A DNA stretch of 64,000 nucleotides, from the NCBI RefSeq assembly GCF_009914755.1, contig NC_060937.1; one strand, 5' to 3'. The DNA comes from the human T2T-CHM13v2.0 reference genome, Homo sapiens. Position numbers and translations under genes: made by a program. Shown here in pieces: positions 1 through 14,651 of this stretch (position 1 is the first letter of the stretch; the number at the start of each line of letters is the position of its first letter). Below the pieces are notes generated by a model. It did no database searches. It was not told where the DNA came from and saw only the letters and a program-made list of their open reading frames with translations.

Positions 1-14
1 AGCAGGATTGCAAT

Positions 15-711
<697 letters not shown>

Positions 712-717
712 ATAACT

Positions 718-938
718 TATAGTAGGCACAGCCTCTGGAACCATCCGCTTTAGTTCTAGTACCTCATAATTTATAGGCCTTGGGCTAATTTTATTAATAT
801 CTTTGTGCATCACTTTTCTCATCAATAATGTAAGGATAATAATTTTCCCTTTATAGCGTTTATATGCAGATTAAAATAACATATGTTTAGCACCAAGAAC
901 AAGGCCTAGCACATAGTGAGAGCTGTATAAAGTGTTAA
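718..938 (+). mobile_element. MIR SINE
   Basis: CTTTGTGCATCACTTTTCTCATCAATAATG core and GCCTAGCACATAGTGAGAGC 3' end; boundaries approximate. Confidence 0.65.
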
Positions 939-2206
939 GGACTTTCATTCGATTGTCTCCCCTTCATCCATACCATATTTAGAAGTGGGGTTGAGTAGAA
1001 TTGGATATGTTTAGCTTTAGAATCCCTGTCTACTATGCCTGAACCCAGGAACAGGCAGAGTAAATGGCTAAAGGGATAGGTCTTGTCATATCCCAGGTTA
1101 GATAAAACTTATGTCAAAATCACATGGTATTGATGGTCATTCTTTTTAGTTCATTGATTTAAAGACTCCATTTGATCGGCTTAAGAAATCCTCAGGCAGA
1201 AATGGGAGTGCAAGACTAGGGAAATTGCTTTTGGGAATCTAATACTAATAATTATTACCATAGTCTCTCCTCTTCGTCATGTTTGGTCCTCTAAGTGGAC
1301 ATAGATAGAAGAGACATTCTGACCTCTTGAAAACAATACATTTTGGATGTTCCTATGTTTTAAAGAAAAATAAACATGTTATCCAAAGTCACAGCAAAGG
1401 AAAATTAACAAATTCATTAATCAGAGTTCTTTTTAGTAAAATAGTTAATATGCTTATTGAAGCACAAACTCCCTATTGCTTCTGCTTTTGGAATTTGTGT
1501 CCAAATTCAAATTTTATTAATTAAAGAAAAGGTATAACATACTATTATGTCAGATGACGAATAGTCATTTTATTAAAAGTATATCTTATTTAAAACAAAC
1601 AAATGATTTAATTAGTTGAAGAAAGTAGAAATGGATTCTAATTAGTGGATTTTCTGATTATTCTTTCCCATGGCCTTTAGCTGTGACAAATTAGGAAAGA
1701 CTGAATAAAACAGTGAAAGGAAATCAAATTATCTCTGCTCATTTAATTTTTAAGTATTTAATAAATCTGTAAATGTTAATCTACAAAAAATATTGTATTT
1801 ATATGATTGAATTATAAATAGATGATAAAAACATTTGACAGTGAAAAGAATTTCATTTTAGAAGCCAGATGATCTAAATTTTCTTTATCTGTTAACTGTA
1901 GTGTCAGCTCCTGCAGACCTCATTTTCTCATCAGGAAATGGTGACTGCCCCAAAAACCCTTCTCCTGATCCATGAATTCTTCAAGCTTTGGCTTATGTGT
2001 CACTTTCCTAGTTTAAATCCTATTGTTAAAACTTCAAATTGCAAATGTAATTTATTTGAGGTATTTAACATCAATTTAAATTTGTAATTATTTCTCTGCT
2101 ATCTATTCTTCTAATGGACTGTCAATGTTATATGATGATAAGATGAATGGCTGTCTTTTATATCATCTTTGCACATAATACTTTCAATTAATGTATAGAC
2201 TGAAAT

Positions 2207-2390
2207 CAAGGCTATCAAACCCAAATGCCTTTAGTCTGAATATGAAACATCATAGAGTTTAGAAACCAGATAAACTGGAGACTGTAGGTACCATTCAAAA
2301 TTATTAAAGTTTTAAAATACCATTCATGCAAAAATAATAAAGCTCTGTGGAATCATATTTTTGTGACTTCAAGTATCTGCCAGTAGGTCA
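2207..2390. mobile_element. hAT-Charlie fossil (MER102-like)
   Basis: CAAGGCTATCAAACCCAAATGCCTTTAG resembles the MER102 terminus; highly diverged. Confidence 0.35.
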
Positions 2391-4051
2391 TTCAAACACC
2401 CTAATGACAGTAAAACAAAAGAAAACAAAACAATAGGAACTAATGGAAAGTGTTCCATCAGACAAATAAGGAAAATTTTTCTGTATTGTATTTCTTATTG
2501 CCCTCTATTATTTAATACATAATCAGTTCTTTTTTCAGTAATCTCAAATCTTCCTCCATGGAACTCTTCTTGATGAATTTGACCTTATACTACTATCTCA
2601 AAGTATTCTTGTATCTCTATCAGTAAATGTACATAAATAATCATTAGGTTAAACATACTTAATAAATTAAAAATGCATTGAGAAAATATTTATTAAAAAT
2701 TATCACCTCCTTACAAATTAACACATTTGTAATTCAGCATGGGCGCCCTTTAAATAATAAACTCTTATTACGTATTTAAATATGCAGTTATATTTACAAC
2801 TTGTTTTACATGGGACTTTTAAAAAGTCTATCTCATTTCAAAGCAAGATTCAGCTGCATTGATAAAAAATTGTGCTTCTGCAGGAGACAGAACTTTGCTT
2901 TTATTTATTCTGTTTCATATTACAGACCCATATGCTCACTGTACACTGTGGACACTCAATAAATCTAGTTGACCAAAATTGCAATACTTCTAACCTGACT
3001 CTCAACTGTCCTTCAAAATTTAAATAACATGAAATGTAAATTAAAGCTATCAACAGGAAACTAAAACTGGAAAATATTTATCAAAAGAAAAAAAACTAGG
3101 CAAAAAGAATTTAGTCATTTAATGCCCTTGGCTATGTAAATTCTTCATTTCTTATTACAAAACTGGAGACAGAATACAAAACTATAGGTATAAAATCTGA
3201 ACCTATGACATACTCTTCTCCAAGCTGTAGATATTCTTTATAATACTAGATTTTCTCAAACTTCATTCAATACCACATTCATTTCTACCATAGATAATTA
3301 AAATGATTATGAAAATAACAGAAATGCATTGACTTAAGTATAAATGTATTTTTCATTTCACAATCTTGATCCACTATGGAAAACTAAATGTGTTTATAGT
3401 ACTTGTTCCCCACGTCTACTAAAAGTTTGTACTCCATACTAGTTTTGTCACAGAAAAAAAAAAAAAAAAGAATACATTATAGCTAAACTTTATGTTGAAT
3501 TTAGGGCTTTTTAAAATAATTTATGATACCGTAAATATAATTATCATCAAAACAAATCCTGTCACTTGCAGAAAAGATGAAGAAATTCTGCAAATCATCA
3601 TCTAAAATAAAGAAAAATTTTGTCAGAGATGATATCGTGAAAAATTAGAATTAAATATAAAATATCTAAATAAGATACAAACACCTAGTTTCAAAATGTG
3701 TCTTAAAACAACTGAGGCTAAAATATTTTTGTGAGCAATTTCTTAAATTATTTCTAATACTAAGAGATGACTTTTAGACATAACAGAGAAAATTCAAAAT
3801 TACCTAAATATTTGAGAAGTATTGTAAGTTTTATCTAAATGTAGAGCTAAATATACTATGAAAACAATAATGACACAATTACAGAACTCTTCATCTCTCT
3901 TACACATTCAATGACAATGGCAATTGTTTACTGCATAAAGTTAATTCTTCCTGAAATAGATTTTCAGCTAATAATTTTTTCTTCAGGGATGTTGGCATTA
4001 ATCTGTTGGATAAATATTAAGAAAAATTCTTTTGAAAAAGAACTGTTTAAA

Positions 4052-4354
4052 TTTGTTTGTTTTGAGACAGAGTCTCACTCTGTCGCCTGGCTGGAGTGCA
4101 CTCACCATTGCAACCTCCGTCTGCCGCCCCCACCCACCCCCTACCCCCGATTTCAAGATATTGTCATGCTTCAGCCTCCTAAGGAGCTGGGATTATAGGT
4201 AAATGCCAGTACGCCCGGCTAATTTTTGTCTTTTTATAGAGAGGGGGTTTCACCATGTTGGCCAGGCTTGTCCCGAACTCCTTACCTCAAGTGATTCGCC
4301 CACCTTGGCCTCCCAAAGTGCTGTGATTACAGGTGTAAGCCACTGTGCCTGGCC
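4052..4354 (-). mobile_element. AluS (Sz-like) with a small deletion and a C-rich expansion
   Basis: TTTGAGACAGAGTCTCACTC...CTCAAGTGATTCGCCCACC...CACTGTGCCTGGCC. Confidence 0.95.
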
Positions 4355-4561
4355 TAAAATTATAAGAATTTTGAACTTAAAACTCCTCTAAAAAATAAAT
4401 CCACTAAAAAAAAAGAATTCCATACACCAGTGAACTATGCCATACTGTATTTGTTTTTGAAACTTTATTTCTATGTTAAATACATATCTTTAATCAATTA
4501 TTCAGTGATTTTTGAAAGGAACTATGCATCTGAAGAGTCCCTAGACTATCATCTCATAGTT

Positions 4562-4720
4562 AATGACAATGAAAAAGATGAGGAAGATGGAGGATAAGGA
4601 GGAGGAGGTAGAGGAGACAATGATGACAACAAAAAAGATAAAAGAAATGGTACAGAAGAAAAGGAGGAAGAAAGACAAGGAAAAGGAAAGAGGAAACTAA
4701 CTGAAAGAAGAGAAAGTCTA
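4562..4720 (+). repeat. GA-rich low-complexity tract
   Basis: GAGGAAGATGGAGGATAAGGAGGAGGAGG... strongly purine-biased. Confidence 0.8.
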
Positions 4721-5554
4721 TTACTAAAGAAAACTACTCAGAAAAATAGGTTTCTTCTTCTCTTTTATTTACTTACTGCCCTGTCTTAGTCACATATCTA
4801 CTATACACTATTCTTTGTTGGGCAATGAGAATAATATTGCTAATCAGCTCATAGAAATGTTTCTGTTCTGTCTCTCATATCTACATAGGTTCTTTGCTAG
4901 CATTATATTTCTTAGAGAAGCAATGATCTAAAATCAATGTCTGTGTTATTCTTGAATAAAATCTAACAATAAATTCAATTCACAACATTGTTAGTACAGC
5001 CTTGACTAGTGAGAGTGTTACTATAAAAGCAGGAAGAGTTTCTCTATGGAACTGTAGCTCCCCATGTTGTCTATCTTTCTGTCCTTTACTGCTCTCGGTT
5101 AACTCACTGTGTCAGATTACCCCAGCAATGTTATAGTCTGTTTCTTTCCATTAAAAATCAGTCTTATTTCAATTGACTGTAATTGAAAAATCCCAACACA
5201 ATTACATTATGGGACAAATAATTATCAATATTAATCTATTGCTCCTCTAGATGGATTTGCAGTTTCAAAAAAATTATTTTAACCCCAATAAATGTATATG
5301 AAATTGAAATGTAAGCATTATATAGCATAGATACTTATAGAGTGGAGCCCTTCTGGAAACTTACAAATCATATAACATATTTGAATTAATCCACCAATAA
5401 CTAAATTCAGGCATATTTGGCCAAATATTCTTTCACTTAAATAGGCAGGTTAAGTTCCCTTCTCTTTCTACTTTCCGACTTATTCTAACCATTAAAGAGA
5501 GAACATCCATTCACCTGTCTTCAAATCTGTGCTCATGTCTTTTATTTGCTAATT

Positions 5555-5674
5555 TTTCAGTTCTAAATGAATTCTACCTTCTCTTAGAAGAGACCATGTC
5601 TGTGTTCTCACTTGTATCTAATAAAATAGCTGACAAATAATAGGCACTCATTAAATGTCTGTTGAATGAATGAA
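5555..5674 (+). mobile_element. L2 3' end
   Basis: TAGGCACTCATTAAATGTCTGTTGAATGAATGAA, the typical L2 terminus. Confidence 0.7.
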
Positions 5675-7179
5675 CAATGTGTGGTTAGATTCCAATGATA
5701 AAGGAATGCTAGAGCTAACATACTTTTGTAGGAAAATGTCCTTAGTTTGGTCAATAAAATTATGTTTTGATATGAGCAAAATAAATATGAAATTCAAACG
5801 TTTGCATAGTAAACAAGACAAAATTGAAGTTAATTGATGGTCATATCCTGTGAGGTTAACAGAAGACATCTGCACCTAAAAATGAATAAATAACCAGTAT
5901 AAACATAACTGTCAATCTCAACCTTTTAATGACTAAATTATTATTTACTCTTTTGATGTAAACAAAAATTCATCTTTGGAAACTCAAGCACAAAAGTGAC
6001 ATCTGAATAGTTTATAATTTTAATTCAGACATGACACATACTGGTCTTTAGCATTCCCTGATAAGATAACTTTATTCTTTTCAGTAATTTGGATTTCTGC
6101 TGCAGGTATTTTTTTCCCCTCATGTTATTGCCAACTCACCTATTTTCATAAACAAAGTAAGTAGCCCATGTATGCTACTACATTTCCAATCTCACAGAAT
6201 CCTAGGCAGTATTATTGCAATTCCTTTCTCTACCTCAGACATTCTGAAAGGCATTAGTTGTAAAGTATTGTTGAGTTGACAGGTCTAGAGTTGCTGCTGA
6301 CACTGTAGAAAAAGACTTCCCAAAAGGTTAAAGCCTACATTTTATCAAAGAAAACAGCAATGAAAGATTTGAACTATTGTGTCTTGAATTATGGCTGGCT
6401 GAGATACTCTACTGAATCACTTAATCCTTTTAATACCCACCTATTTTAGCTTTTATATAAGCATCTGTTCATACAAAGCCTGCATCAAGCTCTGCATCAA
6501 ATTCCAAATCCAGGAACTATTAGAACTGCTTGTAAGATTGATGGACTGTGCTGTGAGCTGTGAAAAGATTGAGAAAATAAGGGAATCAGCATTATTAGAA
6601 CCCAGGAGGTGCAAGCACTTAGTTACCTGGACTCAATCTTTCTGCTTCTAACTTATTGGATTTCTTCTAATACCAGACTGTTTCTAAGACCTAGGAACAA
6701 AATGGTGTCAGGAAAGCACATATGTTGATGTAATTATTTTTGTTAAGCTGCTAGGTCTATTGATTTAGACTATCATAGAAAAAATTCTATAAGGGCTGTT
6801 GTACCACATGACTTTGAAATCAATTAGAGTTGAGTTCATGTCTCATGTGACAATCTAATGGAAAAGATTGATCTGTTTGGTGCAAAGTAAGTACTTACTA
6901 TTAAGATTTGATTTTGTTATGCTCTGAATAGGAAACGTGAAAAAAATAAAGAGGCAAGTCATTCTCATGTTGCTTTCCATCTCAAACCTTGAGCACCAAT
7001 GAAATATTATAACACTTCCCTTTCACCACTGTTCCCATCATGGAGAAAGGTAGGTAAGAAACAGAAGTAAAGAAGATTCAATCAGTTAAACAGAAAATCT
7101 GTTTCCTACTGAATAAAAGTTTAAAAAAAAAATCTATGAACAATGTAAAAGTAGCCATCTAGGAAAATATGAAATTTTA

Positions 7180-7625
7180 AAAATGTGTATACATATAAAA
7201 ACATCACATGCTGGGCATGGTGGCTCACCCTTGTAATCCCAGCACTTTGGGAGTTAAAGGTGAGTAGATTGCTTGAGCCCAGGAGTTCCAGACCAGCTTG
7301 AGCAACATAATAAGATCCCATCTCTACTAAAAATAAAAATTAAAAAAAAAAGAATTTAGCCAAGCATGGTTGTGCACCCCTGTGGTCCCAGCTAGTATGG
7401 AGGCTGACAAGGGAGTATCACTTGAGCCTGGGAGGTTGAGGCTCCAGCAAGCCATGATTGTGCCACTGTACTCCAGCCTGGGAGACAAAGAGAAACTCTG
7501 TCTCAAAAACAAAAAGCAATAAAACAAATTTTAAAAAACCCATCACATTGTACATCTTGAATATATACAAATTCTATTTGTCAATTATATTCAATAAATC
7601 AGAAAAATCCAAATAAAACAAAAAA
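7180..7625 (+). mobile_element. L1M (L1MA/MB-type) 3' terminal fragment interrupted by AluJ
   Basis: GTATACATATAAAAACATCACAT[Alu]TGTACATCTTGAATATATACAAATTCTATTTGTCAATTATATTCAATAAA plus A-rich tail. Confidence 0.65.
7209..7538 (+). mobile_element. AluJ
   Basis: GATTGCTTGAGCCCAGGAGTT (J diagnostic), dimer; TSD core CATCACAT on both sides. Confidence 0.95.
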
Positions 7626-9401
7626 AGTTATGCAGCTCAATAGTTGAACATTTTTTTCCAAAACACACACACAACCAATAAAAATCTCCTCACCAATGTA
7701 TTTTCTTATAACCCAAAGTGTTATTATTATAGAGAATTAATTAGATTGAGAATACTAAAATGCATAATACGTCAGGATTCTCTGTATACAGTTGTCCACA
7801 AATTTAAATCCAGAGTTACAAAAATGAACATGGGTATGTGAAATCAGCAGCCTACTTATAGGTGAACAAATTCTGTCAATAATTTGTTTTAGAATTAAAG
7901 AACCATGTCTGTTTTAAAAATGTACTTCTGATAATATATAACTAATATGTAACATATACCTCTGCTTTCAAGTGTTAGTACTTGATCAGAGGATGTCATC
8001 TAAAATTTATGAATTGCATATTCTTTATGGGATTGTGACCTAAATATTTTGTTTACTATTTTTGCTGTCTTTTAATGATTGACATTATTAGCCTTCCCTT
8101 GTTATGTTTCTATTAATACTTCCCATGATACCCCACTGTTTGAATCTTGAGGAGTTTTACAAACAAGCGATAGTTTTATCCTTTCTAGTTATTCCTGTAT
8201 TTCGCTCTACAAAGTTTTACATAAAAAGAATTTTCACACTGTATTACTTTATTTAGAGAACGGCATTTTTCTTAGCTAAAACTTCCAAACTTTTATTTGT
8301 AGATAGCCACATTGACATATTGTTTGCTGAACAAGATAAAAATGTGCAGAACAAACATGTGAAGAGTTTGCTCTTCACCATACTTTCTTCTAATTTGTTG
8401 AGTTGTCAAAATCCTTTATTAAAAGAATCTGAACACAAATATCAAGTAGAAATGCTTGTGGGCACCTTCATCACCCATTTCTTCATGAATAAGCCAAGGA
8501 GACATTCGCTACTAACACATAAGAAATGGCATCAAACTGTACACATACAATAAAAATCTTGCTACTTAGAAAGAATCATATACTGGGTAATGAAAATACA
8601 ATTTGGATATTCATGAGGAATCCATGCGTCATAAAAATTCAAATAGCCACACATGATTCATTCTGAAATAAAAGTAGACACAGCTCTATAAGAAAAAAAT
8701 ATGGAAACACTAGGTGAAAGTGAGTAGTGGTAACCAGTTAACCTAAGATGAATACAGGTTTACCTGCAAATGAAATGTGACAATGTCTGAGATTTTCCTC
8801 TAGTGTTCCAGAAAATATAAAAATGGAATAATCTTCTTTCAACTGAAGTGCTACCTACTCACAGAACACTGGATAATAGAAGCTCTATTGAGACTTATTA
8901 TTCTCGATAAAGTTAATGTCAAATTGGACGACCATTTAAGCATGAAAGTGACAGATAAGGAAGCACTGTTTAAGTGCAAAGGCTTTTTCTGAAATTTAAA
9001 ATCTTTTTAAAGAAAAGACTTTAAATACAAAGGTGGTCCATTGCCTAATGCCAGCACAAAAAAATTAGATACAATTGAAAAAGAGGTTTGTGAGTGATCT
9101 CTCTGAATGATGAAATAGTAGGTGCTGTTTTCATAATTCAAGGTATGTTGACTGGTGGTGGTCTGAATTCCTTTACCACAGAAGGAACAAAGACACACTG
9201 CTTTCTCTTCTTTTCTAGTTGAGTTTGCATTTACCAATTATCCCCTCAAAATGTGCAATTTACCAGTATTGATTGAACTACTCTATTACAACTGAGTATC
9301 TTTTTAATGGATAAGACATTTTTTAGCATGAACAATACTATATTAATTGAAAGATTTATCTTTCCTACAATGAAAATAATTTAACAATTAATGACAAATT
9401 T

Positions 9402-9466
9402 TGTGCATGTGTATGTGTGTGTGCGTGTGAGAGAGAGAGAGAGAGAGAGGAAAACAGAGAGAGAGA
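9402..9466 (+). repeat. Compound (TG)n(AG)n microsatellite
   Basis: TGTGCATGTGTATGTGTGTGTGCGTGTGAGAGAGAGAG... Confidence 0.9.
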
Positions 9467-10169
9467 AAATGTGCTTTTTAATCTGTGTATTTTGGGGAAA
9501 TTTTTGCAAAGGCTTTGTGCTAGTGTGACAGCGTTCACAGTATTTGCAGCTTTCTGAGGTATTAGCCCAGTCTGAAGTGTAGATGATTAAAGTCAGCTCA
9601 GGTTTTCAGTGAAAACAGATATTATTGAAATGCTAGAATGGACCTTTCTCTCTTTGCATCTTTATAGCTTTTATGATCAAACAGAAGACTTGCTTTTTTC
9701 CCCCCTACATTTGAATTTTAAAGAGTCCAGAAATCATAATTCTCTTTTACCAGAATGTCATGAGTCCCTTTAAAAATTGTCCAAATGGACTCTGTAACAT
9801 ATCGAAGGGATGATATCATTGATAAGGCAGCTGGAAGGATGCACAGTTGCTAGGAAGGGGACCTTTCTTGGATTTGTTGTGGTTGTTCCTCCCTAGAGGA
9901 TCTTAAAGCAGGTTAAGTAATATCCATCTGGACTAGTCAGGATATAGTTTCTTTCAAGTACAAGGTATAGCGCATAATTCAAGCTCTAGACCCAAAGGGC
10001 TATTAACATAGGACTGCTTAGTAATAATGATGATGATATCTTATGCAGTAGGGTGTTTACAGTTTTCAGAATGCTTTCAGGGAAAAAAAAAAGTTCTACT
10101 CTGATCTCTGCAAAATTCCTTTGCTCACTTTCATCAAGAACATCCTAATTCCCTAGTCTCGCAAATCAG

Positions 10170-10670
10170 TAACACTGATGTCCTGATTGATGCAGCTCCT
10201 CTCCTAATTTCCCACATTTTTCAAAATGTCTCTGGAGTCTTTAGCCTTTAACTTTCTTTCCATTTCCATTATGACTGCCTTTGTTTGTGCTCTAATCTCT
10301 CTCACAGAGTTTTATTAAACCATAATGTTCTTGTGGACTCAAAGCTCTACCTTCTATATGTATGCTCTGCAGCCACTAGACTTAACTTTCTAAAATGCAG
10401 TTCTAATCATGATATTCTTCTAGCAGATCATAGATGAGGACTCCTGATAGCCAGCAGAGAAGTCCCAGCTCATTACCACAACCCAAGCCTCCTACAATCT
10501 GGACTGTGGTTTTGTGGTCTCCTTTTCTTTCTTGTTATCCTTTTATCCATGTCTCCTAGTCATTCTGAGGCATCACTAATGAGATCTCTGAATCACACTC
10601 ACCTAAATTATTATCTGCAACTTTGCCAATGCTCTTCCTTATATCTGGAACAACTGTCTCTGTTCTTAAA
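10170..10670 (+). mobile_element. L2 fragment
   Basis: CTGCAGCCACTAGA...CTTTCTAAAATGCAGTTCTAATCATG, L2-type 3' region; approximate. Confidence 0.5.
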
Positions 10671-10719
10671 CTGATAAAAATGGCTTTTGATTAGGAAAGA
10701 TTTGGGTATGACTGGAGAA

Positions 10720-11070
10720 GACAGAAGCCTTTTGTTCATGAAGAGACTCTTAAACCATGCTAACGAAATTTGGACTCCATGTTAGGGCAATTTGGACTTC
10801 ATGTTAAGGGAGCTAGGCAGCTGAATGTTTTTGGGAGATAACTCATACAATATAATTTGCATTTCAAGTCACGATCACTCTGTTGTAGGAAGTGATCAGG
10901 AGAAAGGCAAGGCAGGAGACCAGTTAGGAACATTTTGGATTAGGAGAGGAGGTGAGCTGATGGCTGCAATCCCCTGGGATGCAGGAATGGAAAGACGTAC
11001 ACATGACTTAGATATTTCTAAAAAGTAGATTCAGCAAGACTTTGAAATTAACTTGATTTGGAGAATGTGT
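10720..11070 (-). mobile_element. L2 fragment
   Basis: GGCAGGAGACCAGTTAGGAA...AAGTAGATTCAGCAAGACTTTG, antisense L2 motifs; approximate. Confidence 0.6.
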
Positions 11071-12665
11071 ATAGCAGTAGTACAGCATTTAGAAGAGTGC
11101 AATCTAGTTAGGAGGCAGGATTTCCATACAGCAGCCTTGAGAGTTAGTTTCTTGAAGGCAGGTATTACCTATCTTTGAATCTCAAGAATCTAATTTTTAG
11201 AAGTAATTTATAAGTAGAGGAAGTTGCTATTTTTATTCAAATTTGAGGGAGTAACGTAAGGTCAGAGTGACTGCTTAACTTAGTCAAGATCACAGTTAAT
11301 AAGTCAGAGCAGAGGCCACGCCATTTCAAACAGTCCAATAGTTATTTTATGTGATTTTTTAGCAGATAAAACAGGATTTTTTTTTTTTTTAGCTAAAAAT
11401 GAGCTCTTTCTCTAGATAGAATTTTAGCAAAAATGGGAGACAGGATGCGATCATGCCTAGAAAATAATGAAGCTGGTAAGGCCCACTGGGTCCCTGCTAA
11501 GAAGGGGCATCGTGGTGCTTGCAGCATCATTGACAATGACAGGCACTTGTCACTCATGGGTTGGTGTTCTCCTCTCTCCATGGCCTCGTCTATCCATCTG
11601 GGAGTTGCAGATGATGTCCTCACTAAGGCACCCTTGCCAGGCTTCAGGAGGCTGAGGACTGTCCTCTTCTCTCTCAGAAGGCAAGGTGTAGGACTGCTCA
11701 GCGTGCTTGAGACTAGAAAAGGCCCCTGCCAGACTGGCGCTAGTATCTTTTCTGTAAAGAAACAGGTGTTTTAGTGTAAATTCCTCACGTCCCAAAGAGG
11801 TAATTCAAGCAAACAACCAGAAATGCAAACAGTACAGAAAAGCCTATGGCAAAAATCCCAGGAGATGCAATGGAGAACAAAACACTTCCACCTTCCAGGA
11901 GCTGACTTGCACCAAACAAGAAAAGAACTAAATAAGATAATTCGGGTCACAAGAGTAATATTGAAGTCCAGGTAGCTTGAGAAAGATGAGTCCGGCCATG
12001 TCTCCATTTTTAGATGGCAACCTTAGGCTGGGTTTGTCATAAACCAAGTCAAGACAATTGAGACCTGTTGGCATCTTCAAGCTAGCCAGTCATGGGGACT
12101 GTATCTTCTTTATCCACGTGGCACACAAGGACTGGGGAGATGCTGGGGAGTGACTCCTGTTCAGCTTCAGACATTGCTTCAGGAAGGGGACAAATTTGGC
12201 CCAGGAATGACTGCTAGCCTTGTTGACATTAGGGAGACTTGGCAGTGTGCTGAAAACCAACCTGAAGTAAAAGTGCCTGGTTGCTATTTGAAATTCAAGG
12301 TGATTACTAGAGTCAATACCCATGAAAAGGGGAAAGGATATACTCCAAGTAGATATCACAGAGGATCTAATCACTTTGGGACAGAAGGCATGATGGAGTC
12401 CTGAGTGTAACATGGCAGAGAAACAGTAAATGTCTTTCCCAAGCATGCCACATATATAAATCATATTAAAGCTAAACTGCCGCTGTTTTTGATAATGCTA
12501 TCCAGTAAGTACTTTTGATGTAAACCTATTTCTCCACTCAGATGAAGGAATGGGAGTAGGGGAAGGCTTTCTTTGTTAGATATGCCTCTAGGCTTAGGAA
12601 AATATTTTAAGCATTTTGATGATTACCAAAAGGAAAAGTTGCCAGTTTATAAGAAGATGGTAAGG

Positions 12666-12975
<310 letters not shown>

Positions 12976-14199
12976 TCAACAAATTCTCATTCACCTAAAA
13001 ATATGTATGAATCAGTTAACTTCACTATTTCATGTAATTTGAATCTGTCTTTTTCTCACAACTTTCCAATGCTTGTTAGACATTTACAAATGAGAGATAT
13101 CCTTCATCCTTCTTTCCCATCTCACATGCTGTTGTATTAAGAAATTACATATCTATCTTAAACCCTTAAAGGCATTCGAGTTTACTGTTATTTTCTTACC
13201 CTTTTTAAAATAAATATCATGATGACGATAATTATAGGATTGTCTTCTGACTGATGAAAAAATACTAAAAACTCCTGAAATGTTTTTGCATAAATGCCTT
13301 CTATTTTTCAATAAACCTCTGATAATACAAAATTAAATACCAAAGGACACTCATTTAACAGTATAATTAGAAGTGAGCATGACCTGAGTTGCTGCTGAAA
13401 ATGGGGTATCTGACATGAACCTCTTTCCTTAGATGAACTTTGAATCATGCAGAATCTCAAAGAAATGTGGGTTGTGTCAGACAGTGAGTTCAGAATCACT
13501 GAGGCAGTGGGACAGTATGAATCAAGATGGGCAGTGGGAGGAAATTCTGACAAGTGGTGACAGGTAAGCTATTGATATCAGGTTAATTCAGCAGAAGAAA
13601 GGCAGCTTGACTTGGCAGAGACAAAGAATAGAGGCAGGGAGTTGGGGAGAAGGGACAACATACATATATGCAAGAAGAGAGTAGATAAGAGCTCAGATCT
13701 GGGATTTAGTTTTCAAATCAGTACTGCTGGGTTATTCTATAGACAGACTCATCACAAGTTTGGGTGTAGAAAATGACTGAGAAACGAAAATTTTAATATT
13801 TGCTGCTATAAGAACAACAGTGGCTGAATGGTCATCATGCAGATAATCAGAATTCACTGGACTTCCTTAAACTTCCTTTGCTGTTTATTACTATTTTTGT
13901 TTTGAATTACACATGTGGAGGGCACGATAATCTTTTCACTACTCAAGTTTTCTAAAGGTCTTAAGCTGTTCCTAGTTAGAACTGTGGCACATGTTTTCAG
14001 AGCAGGGCAGTTGGAAGGTCAATGATGCAGAGTTACTGGGAAAGAGCTAATTAAATTATCCAGCAAACGTCAGGATTTAGCCTGGTGTTTATTTGAGCTG
14101 AAGATGGAGTTAGACAGTACAGTTTTGGGGATTTGAATGATGGGGGCAAATAAATCTTTGCAAGAGTTTATGAAGACTATACATATCAATGTCAAGAAA

Positions 14200-14651
14200 T
14201 GTGAAGGGTCTGGGAATTTACAATTCTTGCAATCTAACTAGTTAGCCTGCTGCAGTTTCATGGATGCCGGCAAAAGACAAGAAGTCTCCTGGGTCAGAGA
14301 TAAAGGATTTCAATACTCACAGTAATATCAATAGCTGGAGCATCAATATTATCTTGTGACAGTTCACTGAGCCCCAGTTCCCACAGAGTAACATGAAAAG
14401 GGCCAGATGATATCTGTTCACACAGTAGGTTGCACTATCAAAATGAAACCCTGAGCTTAGGGAACCCAAAAGCTATTAATGGGCAAGAAGCATGCCTGAC
14501 CGTTGCTCTGGAGGGAGACGCTATTTCTATTTTCCAAGGCTGTTCACTATACAAACATAATTGAATAGATAGTCTGGAACAAAGGCTGTCAGTATCAGCT
14601 CACAAGATGTGAAAAAACATGAGAGACCTATGAAGAATTGATCCCCAGTCA
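14200..14651 (-). mobile_element. Solo LTR, LTR47-like (ERVL class)
   Basis: Minus strand reads CAATTCTTCATAGGTCTCTC...CCTTTGTTCCAGACTATC...CAGCCTTGGAAAATAGAAATAGCGTCTCCCTCCAGAGCAA, matching the recalled LTR47 consensus; TG...CA ends. Confidence 0.7.

Noticed and set aside
3454-3469. Isolated A16 run (also T22 at 55238-55259)
   Set aside because: No upstream retrocopy body or TSD visible; treated as simple homopolymers.
11433-12464. Overlapping 60-124 aa ORFs on both strands
   Set aside because: No recognisable domain; expected in locally GC-richer sequence.
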